From Lytechinus pictus (taxonomy: Eukaryota): a stretch of 60,000 nt of DNA. This document shows positions 28,301 through 40,300 of the stretch, piece after piece. Below the pieces are notes generated by a model. It was not told the origin of the DNA. It saw only the letters and a program-made list of their open reading frames with translations, and did no database searches. A program made the position numbers and the translations under genes. Location: assembly GCF_037042905.1 (NCBI RefSeq), contig NC_087263.1, positions 9,674,001-9,734,000 of the forward strand, written 5' to 3'. The first letter of the stretch is position 1. Every line of letters begins with the position of its first letter.

Positions 28301-31300
28301 ATAGAATTCTATCTATAAAGCTCCGTGATTCATAGATTTGTTTCATGAAAGAGTAGGCCAGTCAGCTGTTTGATGGGATTCCCAGCTGTTTATACTGAAT
28401 GCTTTGTACTTTTCAATGGTGACCTTCAAAATTTTAGGAAAACTTCCAGGATATATCAGTGGCTAATGAATCAATATTTACTGGTACTGGTCAGGAAATA
28501 GATAGCTGCCAGAAATGAGTATTCTTCCATACATGTGTGTTTTTTTTAAATACCAATTTGTTCTTTATTTTTGTTGTGGAGCCCCTACCCCCCTCCTGCT
28601 TAATTTCTCACAATTTTCCACGATATCAGGCATATCTTGGCTGTTTCCAGTAACTCGCACACTAAGATTTCATGTCTTAGATACCTGTTTATGGTACTTT
28701 AATCTAGAACTTTACTCCATGTACTGTACATGTGCATGTATTGATTGTTTTTTTTTTCTTTTCCAGGGGGGGGGGGGGTGCATAACCCTTGAATTAATTT
28801 GATATACATGTACAGTTCTTTGATGGTTCGTTTTTATTTAAAAACAACGAAAAAGGTTTTGAGAATTTTTTTCTGCTCATTTCATGTCTTGCATTTCTGT
28901 GTCACAGTCATGCTGTGAAACTATTTAAAAAAATAATGTTTTTTATTTTCAGTTTCAAGTTGCCGAAGCGCGGATTGAAGAGTTAGAATCATGTTCATGC
29001 GTTAAAGACTGTCAGGTCAACGGTGAAACTGTCCAACACAATTCGCAGTGGACTGAAGATTGTCAACAATGCACATGCGAGGTGAGTCAACCAACTTTAC
29101 GTTTTTCATGATCATTTTCAGGGATCAATCTCTTCCTGTTTTTATGCATTTTTTGTGTTTCCAATTGATACGGTATCCAGCTCAATAAGTACATGTACAT
29201 GTACAGTGTGGGCTCATCAGAAGGCACAAACCCATGGTTAAAAATGCACCGTTGTTTTATTTCATAAATAATTACCTAGTTTTTGTATTCCCCTTACGAA
29301 AGAAAAAAAATCCACATACAGAGAGACTACATGTATTTGTATACAAGTATGTGTCTTTAGGAAGTTATTGTTGTTGTTGTTCTTCTTCTCCTTCTCCTTC
29401 TTCTTTAATATAAAATTATTAGTAGTAGTATTTCAAAGACTAAATTGTCAGTGCTGACAACTTCAGTGAAATCCCAGGGTTTGATTGGCTGAAAGGCACT
29501 TGCCTCTGACTGTTACTATGGTAACTGTCGGAGAAAGACATCTTGTCGGTGCTGACAACTTTCATGAAACGGCCCCCAGTTCTCCCATCCTACATTGTAC
29601 ATTTGTGTAATGGTACACTGTATGACTGGTTTCCCAGAATTTCGACATAAGTTGATCAATCACAACTCTTGTATATGTCAGAATGTCCTTGAACGAAAAT
29701 GCAGCTATGATTTTAGTATGAATAATTCACATTGATAATTTGATTACTCTATTATGAATTATGCTACTACCACTACGAATAGAAAAATTATCAACCACAT
29801 AATGTTTATTACAATTGAAAGTCCTTTGAGAGGTTCAAGAAATGAAGATGACATTTGGCAAATGGCAAACAAACTGAATTTAATTAGATTTATTGTTTAC
29901 ACTGCCTTTTTTGAGGGAGAGAAGTAGGAGAGAAAAGTTTAATTCATTTAAATTACTCTCGGGGAATAGAATCATAGATCTTGAGGCGAGATGACATTTA
30001 TATGTCACCTTGCTCTTAAAAACAAAGCCGCGTTTCCAGAAACTCAAAATATCAAATTGCACAGATTTGACAAACATCTTTGACCTTTTATCATTGACCT
30101 TGTTTTCATGTACTTCAGTAACTTTGAATACATTGAATTGAATAGTAGTTCAGATTGTTAATAGTATTTTGTTAATATTGATAGTGTTGATAATAATAGT
30201 AATGCAATTATATTGATGGTTATATTATAATGATGAAAATGGTAGTAATAAGAATTATAAAATGATATAAAGCGAAAATGATAATGATTACGGTAGCAAT
30301 GATAAAGTGCTCAGGGAAATTTTTAAAAAACATACATGTACATGTAATGATTGCAAAAATTCGAAGCAGTCGCTTATGGCCTCACATATAAACAATTTAT
30401 TTGAAGATTGTATATATCTTGAAAGCAAAGAATAATAAGATACCATCAGTTAATAATCCTCTAGTAATAAAAGTTAAAAAAATCTAATAATAAAGGTTAG
30501 CATACTTGATAATGAACTACTTGTGATAGAAGTCAAGTCATTGAATGACGGAGGATACCTGGGGCCCGTCTTACAAAGAGTTGTGATTGATCCGATCAAT
30601 CGCAACTAAATGTATGGAAAGCCAGCAAAGTCAACAAAATGCATGTTTGTTCAAATTTTTTTCTAGATATGAATATATATCCATAAATCAATTGATTTCT
30701 TGACAATTTGGTGTGGTCTCCTTTGTTAACAAAGGACATTTTTGCAAATTTCCTGAAGAAAAAATTATGACACTAATGGATTTCCATAAAGTTGGGTCAA
30801 TTGTAATTCTTTGAGAGATGGGGCCCTGGTAAGTGCTTCAGGCTTTGTCTTTTAATGCACTTCTTCGGAAGCAATGTCTGTTTGGCTAATAATCACAAAT
30901 TAATGCACATCAAAAATTCATGAGATATCAAGTTGAATGTTACTAGTGAATATATATCATCATCAAATATTCCATAAGATTCGATTCAATTTATTCACAT
31001 CAAAAATATTTGAAAGATCAAATTTGCAATCATTACAAATTACATTCATGAATGTAAGACATCATACATACATTAACGGTGTAAAAGAAATAGTAAAGAT
31101 GAAGTTTGGAAGATGCAGGGGATAACAAAATTATCATACTGATTTTATATATACTCCTGCCTGGGATTCAGTTTTATAATTATGAGGAGAGCAATAAAAA
31201 GCTCTCCTAAAAGTTTTAAGGGGAGCATTGCAAAAAGCTCTCCTTTGACATACAAAGGGATCTTTTTGTCAGATTACATAATGGATGGAGGAACGTACAT

Positions 31301-34300
31301 GTACATAGTACATGTATGTACGCAAGTTACAAACCACAACTATAAATGAGACAAACAATCAGATGTATATGAAACATTTAACTTTTTATTGTCATTCTTG
31401 CAAAGTTTGTTATTGCTTTGTGTGTTCTTATTTGACTGAGAATGAGGTTTTCAAGGTTGGCTCTAACAGTTCGATCATTGACTAATACTCTTGTTCTACA
31501 TTCAGGTATCAGGTAATAGTGATGTCAGAATAGGGATTACACAATACACATGGAAATACAATTGTTGCATTTATCATATCATTTCACGTCACAAAAAAAA
31601 AATCCAATTTGCTGAGGCGAGCAATAGATTGCTCTACCTGAAATGGATTAAGGCGATTAGTCGTGAGTGATCACTCTTGCTCGCTCGCCTTAAAACTGAA
31701 TCCCTCCTGCCAAAGGTTGTCTGATTATTAAACGTGTGTGGGTTTGAACCCCCCAGGTGTGTGAACTTTATTTTTTGACAGCTTTGTTGAATCACTAGTA
31801 TTCTTCCGCAGGACATAAAAGGTGGGCCGACTCTCTGTTTTGTGTGAACTTTAGGTACTGTATGTTGATAAAGAAAGGAATACCTCGAATTCAACAATAA
31901 TATTAATTGTGGGGGCGTCATGGTCTAATGATTACGACTTTCTTCTTTCAACCTGAGGGACGTGGGTTCGATTCCCAGCCATGGGGTGTTGTCCTTCAGC
32001 AAGAAATTCACCCACATTGTGCAACACTCAACCCAGGTGAGGTGAATGGGTACCCAGTAGGAAGAATTTCCTTGAATACAGTACTTGAGCGCCTGTATAG
32101 GCAGCGCAGCTTAAGCCGGGGTAATCATATCAGTGCTTTTTGTCCTCCGGCAAAAAACGCTTTATAAATCCACCTATTATTATTATTATTGTTATTTATA
32201 TTTGATATGTAATATCAATATCAAATGATATAATCCTTGCTTCTGTAATGTTATTATTTTACATTTCAGTCTGGCCATGTGAGTTGTGAACCTGTTGCCT
32301 GTGCACCTGTCTATTGCAAAAATCCTATCTACCAGCCTGGAAACTGCTGTCCAATTTGCAAAGGTTCGTTATTCTAAATATACATTTTTTGAAATACTCT
32401 TTAATAAGCAAAAATTTTCCTTATCCAAAACCCATGATTTACAGTGTATAAATATACTTTCATTTGTACTAATTGCTGGTATGTTCATTAGTTCATTTGG
32501 CTTACATCCAGATTTGATAAGGATTAATTTAAGTTCAGACTAAAAAAAATGTTAGTTCAAACTTGTATGAAGTGCTCGGTTTCATTCATCCTTATTTAAA
32601 TTCATGGAAAAGATGATGTCTCATAGAATTAATTAAAATTCATTTTAATACATTATCTTTTTTATATGCCATATTTATGATTGTTATATTTACATTTTTT
32701 ACTGCAGGATTGAAATAATCCATACCCTGTGAACTAAAGCCTCGTCTTACAAAGAGTTACGATCAATCCGATCAATCGTATTTCTATGGAAATCCATCAG
32801 TGTCATAATTTCTTCTACAGAATATTTGTAAAATGTCCTTTGTAAACAAAGGAGATCACACCAAATTGTCTAGAAATCAATGAATTTATGGATAGACATT
32901 CATATCTAGAAATTTTTTGAACAAAGATGCATTTTATATGTTGACGTTGCTGGCCATCCATAGTTACAATTGATCGGATCAATCTCAACTCTTTGTAAGA
33001 CGGGGCCCTGAAATAATTGGCAACATGCACTTCATTTAAAAAGTGCTCTATAAAAACCAACCGAGGGTTATTAAACTCAATTATAGCTTTGAGAATACCA
33101 CCCACAGATACAGATTTTACTTTATAATCGTAAATGCCATTTGAAAATGATAAGAAAATTCAAGAAAAGATCAAATAAAAAATTCAGCTGGATTTGGTGC
33201 CATAAAAATAACGGTGTAAATCTGCTCACATATAAACTGTGATGAAATATAAATCGAAATGCACAATTTCAGATATTGTGTATACTAAACTCCTGTTCAC
33301 ATATGTCTTGTATCGTAGCTAACTGTACCGTATCTGGAGTGACCTATCACCATGGTGACGTGTTCCAGCAAAAGACATCCAGAGGTGCTCTACAGATCTG
33401 CACGGTCAAAGAATGCAATGTAAGCTTGACACCTTTCTCACCTTTATACTTTCTAAAACTGGTTTACTGGAAACTGGTTCAGAAAACCAGTTTGGAAGAT
33501 CGCTTTGCTAGCGTTCCCATTTGATCACCTGAAAGTGATTTTCAAAACCACTTCATGTGAAGCGGTCTTGTTGCTATGGGAACACTCTCAGTGGGGTGGC
33601 ATGTTTCATGGGAAATTTGAAACCACTTTGTAGGCATGTGGGGTAGCGCGCTCGAAATGTGCGAAGATCGCTTGCCGAAGAACGGTTGTGTCCTCACTAC
33701 GCTAAAACCAGTTTAACGAGGCAAAGCAATCTTCAAAACTACATCGCGAGGTGGTTTTCTGAACCGGTTTGGAAGATTGTTTCTAAGACCACTTCGACCG
33801 TTCTCATTACACATAAAACTAGTTTCCAGTAAACTAGTTTTAGGACGGTAGTACATGTAAGAACGGTGTCCTTGATTCTCTTTTCTTTAGAAAATCCCAA
33901 TAAAAAGGGCAAGTCCAGTCAAGTATTATGCTGAAAATTTCATCAAAACCAAATTGAAAAAATAAGGAATTATGATTTAAAATTTCACTTAATTTCACGC
34001 AAAAAGTTCCTTTATGTGCACATTATGGGGAGTATGCACACTTACTATCTATTTGGATTTTATTGAATTAAGTCATTCCCCCCCTTACATAATCTAAATT
34101 CTAAGGTTTATTGTGATTTGAAGGAGATTCTCTTTATATTTATAGCAATTAAACACACTAGAAAAAATTAAGCTTATTATTATCACAAATATTATTTTTA
34201 TTAATATTATCGTAACTTTCTTTCATTATTAGTACATGTAGTATCATTATCACTAATATTATTGCTACTACATGTATACTACTGGTATTATTATTGCTAT

Positions 34301-37300
34301 TATACTACATCATATGTATAATATGTATGTCAGTGTGTATGTTGTATAGTATTCGCTTTTTGTATGCCCGAAAGCTAATTTTATTATATGACATTAAATT
34401 TTCTTAATTCTTGAACCATCATTATGATTATTTTCTTATTTCAGAATGGTGGAACAAGTACCCAGAGGCAGGATAGCGTTAGTAACATGTGTCCTACCCC
34501 ATCCTGTCCCGTATCAGAGAGGTTTACAGTGCCCGGAAGCTGCTGTGAATATTGTCAAGGTATTTTGCCAACACCATACATGTACATGTACAACTTTCAA
34601 CAATGTTCTATACTCTGATTGGTTTAAATTAGGTCATGTGACATTCAGTGTGTTGTTCTATACGTCATTTTAAACATTAGATCAGTTTACTGAGCCAGGA
34701 AGATGTAGTGGGTATTGTCAGTGTATCTATCTATAGCTAATACCATACAATTTTCAAGAATGTTGTATAATACGATTGGTTTAAATCATGTCATATGACA
34801 GTCAGTTGTCTATGCAGTAGCAGCCAAATGTACTTTCTTTCATTTTATGTAAGTCTGTACCTCCATGAAGTCAATTATTTGACACGAAAATCAAGATGGT
34901 GCATGAGAGTCATGAAAAGTCAGGTACCAATTACTCTTCCAGGGCCACTGCATGTCTCCCAAGTTTGTGTGAACACGCCAACATCAGTGAATGCGTATGC
35001 CCACATATTTATATATTTGTACGGGGAATTAAAACGTTTCTTACCTTTGTTGTTGCAGGGACTGATTACTGTGCCCAGGGCCACAGCTGCGTTTCTCCCA
35101 AGGTTTGTGTGAACACGCCCACATCCAACGAATGTCTGTGTCCTACAGGCTACTTAGAGGTGAACGGTAACTGCACCGATATCAACGAGTGTGTCGTGAG
35201 CGAGACGCAGCCCGATCCACACTGCTACGAGGGTACGCTGTGTGTGAACATGCCCGGCGAATACAGATGTGATTGCAAGCCCGGCTATGAAAGGGTCACA
35301 GATACACAGTGCAGACGTAAGTTGGTGTTTTTTACTCTCATTTTGACTTCATTACATGAACGTTGTCATTGAGTATTTACTTCATATTTATTTTACAGAA
35401 ATTTCGGCCTTGTTTTCTTGGGAGTGTTTTTAAAAAGGACTTGAATATTTTATCCTACAGTTACCATGGCAACAGTTAAATACCTGTGCTAAAATTATTT
35501 GAGAAAAAAAAACAAAACGTTTGCAACTGGGACGGGGGTTATTTCCATCGAAGTGAGGACAGCATCCGTGAACAAATTGGAAGCCCCAATGTATAGTAAA
35601 GACAAGATCTTTGAATCCTAAAAGACCTATCTTTTCAATGGAGAATACCACCATATACAGTGCTGCCGTACTTTGGCAAAAGGAAGCAAGTTACAAAGTA
35701 TCATTTGTTGTATAAAATGAGCAGTGTGTGTTTGTCATTTACATAGGCGTCAATGCAATTAAACAGCATATTTTCTTGAATATCTTTCCATACAACGATA
35801 GTTTCTTTCCCAAATGTTGCCTGAAAGTGCAACATACAAAGGGTGTTTCAGAAACAACAATAACTTAAATTTGACTGATGTGTCACTTGCTTCCTTTTTG
35901 CCAAAGTTTGGCAGAGTGGTGCTCAAAAGTTTAGTGACCCCACCAGAAAGTGAACATATTGAAAGTTTTCAAATTCTGCCATGTTTTAGATATATTTAAT
36001 TGTGAAGTCAGGGGATAAAATATTACATTAGGTAAAGTTTATTTCTCTTGGCTCGCCGGACATTGTAGTGTTGTTGTCTGCATTCAATACTCAGCATGAA
36101 AGAGTGCATTTTGTGGTGGGGTTCACTAACTTTTGTGCACAGCTGTATGTAGCTCTTGGTTCAGCCATTGTTTGGTTGTGATATTTGACAGCTTGAGGTT
36201 GAATGTTTGGTCATCTCATTTGTATAATGATAAGATAATTCTATTAATCCATAGAATAAACTATTTTATCTGTGATGTCAATTGGTGGTGGGCTTTGATA
36301 GATACTCGGCAATGTTCATACACTTCTTCAGAGTCTTATACATGGCTGTTTTTTTTTATTCCTTTGAATATCAAAGTATGAATAATTTAAAGAGATATCG
36401 TCTCAAGTACCAGCAGTTATCAATGATATACAATGAAACCATTGATTTGTTTTGACAAGCTTAATTCCTCTCCTGTAAACATGGAAGGCAGAAAACATGC
36501 TTTGATTGACAAGTCACCAAGGACACATACCCTCTTCGCTCCGGAATTAAAATTCAATCACAGTTTTTGAGGGTGAGAAAGGGCCGATGATTCTAAAGAC
36601 AAATTGCAATTTTCATTACAATGATGATTCAAGATTCATGTGTGAAAAGGCCCATAGACTAAATGAAATGAAAATCATATCTTGTCTTTATTCAGAGATT
36701 GATGAATGTGCTTCTGGGACACACAACTGTGATGCTAATGCTGAGTGCACTGATACTGATGGTAGTTTCACCTGTACTTGTCAGCATAGATACTACGGAG
36801 ATGGGACATACTGCTTCCGTAAGTAACCTAGCATTTTGACAATGATTTTCAATGACAAATTTGCTCTCGGACAATCAGAAGCAAGAATTTCAGTAGCTTA
36901 TAACATTTGTCTGTGGATTTAGTCTGTGAAATGTTCCCATGTCTCTTTCATGTTTTCATTTATTTTAATTGATAATGTTCACTGTTTATTTTATCTTTAA
37001 TATGAGAATCTAGTCTTTAACAGTTGACTACTGAGTTCTTTCTTTTCCTCTGATTTAGTATGGAAAACAGGCTGTCAGAGTCATAAAGAGTTAATAGACA
37101 ACATCTTTGCATTTATACTTAAACATAAATCTTTTTGAAATACTTTTACTTTGGATTCCTTTTAATCTGACCAAGTGGAAGACATATCATTTTAGAAAAG
37201 AAAAGCTGTGAGCATTTTTTATACCCTGGGGAGTTTTTGTGAGTGTTCAGAGAAAATTATTTTATGGCATGTCTGAAGTAATATCCATCATGTATATTTC

Positions 37301-40300
37301 TTTGAAATGGAACAAACATATCTACCAGTACCATTATCAATTTTTAGTCAAATTTGTGTACCACCAAGTTTTAAATGTACTTTGACTTGTAATTTTGTTG
37401 TTTTAGTAATAATAATTGGTCTAATAGGAAAAAATGTATGTGCTTAAGTACATGTAGCCTCTTGGCAGAAACAAAATTAATTTTATTATTATATACTTAC
37501 CAAGGACCATGATATATTTCAACATCAGACCATATAGTACATATGCAAGTGTTAGAGATATGAAATAATCATCCAATAGTAGTAAAGTAAAATTTAGTCA
37601 AATATCAAACATTTCAAAGTAAACTTTTAGTTAGACTGGTAGTGATATGTTTCTTGATTGTGTATTTTTGATACAGCGGTGTGTGGTAGAGCTTGTCAGA
37701 ATGGAGGAGTGTGTATCAGACCATCGGTGTGTGAATGCCCTCCAGGCTATGAAGGAGAAGCTTGTGAAATAGGTAAGTTAAGTAGCCGTCTTCTACTACT
37801 TGTCATTCGACTTCCAATTTATGGCCTTCTTTCCTTTTCACTGTCCTTATTGTCATTTTTGTTTCGCCTGCATAGCAGAGCGAAACTATAGGCGCCGCTT
37901 TTCCGACGGCAGTGGCGTCAACATTAAAATCTTAACCTAAGGTTAAGTTTTTGAAATGACAGCATAACTTTAAAAGAGAAAAGAGTTTCATGTCACATGA
38001 CCAAGGTTATTAAGGGTCAATGAACTTAAACCATTTTGGGGGTATTTGTTGAATTGCCATCATAACTTTGAAAGTTTATTGATATACATGTAGTTCATGA
38101 AATGTGGACATAGGGGTAATCAAGTATCATGGATCATCTCGCATAAGTCTCACATGATCAAGGTCAAATATCATTTAGGGTCAATAAACGTAGTATTGAT
38201 AATGAATGGCGGTTTTGTGAATAATTATTTCATAGTCATATTCAGAGTCAACACTGCTGCTATATTGAATCGCGTAATGCAGGCGAGACTGCCAGAAGTG
38301 CTCCACTTGTTTTTCTTTTATTCTCCATTTCTTCTTTATTCTTTCTTTCCTTCTTTCATTGCTACACTTCTCCTTGTTCTTCTTATTCCTTTCATTCATC
38401 ATCTTATTTCTGGAGCTTCTTGTGGCCCACCTGAGAGAGCTTCGTAGCCCACGCGCTGACTTATACAGTGACATTCATTGTGTGTCAATTAACCACAGAC
38501 TAGAGACACAATTATTGTTCTGGTTTGCAAGGTCCACATTTTATCATATGGTACTTGGTACTGCAGGTACGGAATACTTCTTCATTCTTACAAATAAATC
38601 ATGTCACTGACATTGATAATCTTTTCTTATCCCCCCCCCATGATAGACAAGGACGAATGCACGAATGGAGAGAGCCAATGTACTGGTCACTCTCACTGTG
38701 TCAACCTCCCAGGGAGCTACCATTGTGATTGCGATTCAGGGTACGCCAGCGACACCGCCCATATTGACTACGGGGCTTCGTGTGCAGGTGTGTAGTGATT
38801 TCTTACAATAAATTTTATCTTAATGTTCTAGGTGTTGCAAGTTTATCAAGCAAAAAAGCTGACTTAAGACCTTGCATATTTCCTTTCAGTCTGTGATTCC
38901 AGAGTTCATTTGCCATCCAACCCATGGAATCTTTGATTCTGAATGGCTGTTTGGCATTTTTACCATTAAATTGCAAAGTTACCAGAAGAGTAAATTTTAT
39001 GCAAGGGTGCCCAGGTCTTTACAGCTATAAAGTACAAAAGTGTGATGTCACAATGTAAAGACAACGAACCGACTGGTTCTAAACTGAGACACAGCTGCAC
39101 GATGGTCTATACACATTTGTATTTGCATAAATGGTGATGTGTTTTGTCCCTGGTTGTTACCATCATTTTGAGAGTCATAACAGGGCGCCGTTTCATAAAG
39201 CTGTTCGTAAGTTAAGAGCGACTTTAAGAATGACTGGTGACCCTTTCTTGTGGTAAATGGTATAATAAATTGGCGATGGTTTAGCGCATAAGAAAGGATC
39301 ACCAGTTGTTCTTAAAGTCGCTCCTAACTTACGAACAACTTTATGAAATGGCCCCCGTGCGGGTTCATTTGTTTAGAACCAGGCCGCCATGACACCATGG
39401 CAACTGACGTCATCGCTTCGGTACTCTATATAGATCACAGATTCTTTTCCAATTGGTCGTAGTATTTTTTATGTCTTGCTTCAATCTTTAAATAAACTGA
39501 TTGTCAAATCTTAGATGAGAAATAGGGTCACAAAGTAAATTGACGATCGACCATTGGACATTGATCTCCATGGATTGAAGTTTGATTACAGATTTTGATA
39601 GACTCAAATAATATGTTAAAGAACCTTTTTAAGAAGCAAGAGGCAGTCATTGAAAATGCACCTTTACACATGCATGGAGACGTTCTTTTCTAAAATCTTA
39701 ATATTATGTAAATGTTCATTAAATTAATGTTCAAATATATCATTCGTTGACCCTTAACAGATATTGATGAGTGCGATACATCCAACACATGTGATAAGAG
39801 TCGTCTATGTATCAACACGGAGGGGTCGTACGAGTGTCGATGCTCGGCTGCTAGTAGCTGCTCTACTGCATGTCGTACGGATTGGGGCAAAAAGGGCAAC
39901 GGAGCTACGTGGGATACTGGTCTCTGTCAGACCTGTACTTGCCAGGTAATACTCAAATTGGCAACACTTTTAGATGGATAGATAGGTAAATGGTATTTCT
40001 GGAATTTTTGTCTTGCATGCAAAGCAGAATTGAGGCATGGGCACCGCTTTTCCAATGGTGACAGTGGCGTCATCAACATTGAAATCTTAACTAAGATTAA
40101 TTATTTGAAATGTCATAACTTGAAAGTATCAGGCCCTTAGACATAAGGGTAATCAGGGATCATTGATCATCTTGCAATGGTTTTAGGTCACGTGATCATG
40201 GTCAAAGGTCATCTAGGGCTAATGAGCTCTGACCATTTTGTTGTATCAACATTGACATCTTAACCAAGGTTGAATTTCTGAAATTTCGTCATAAATTTGC

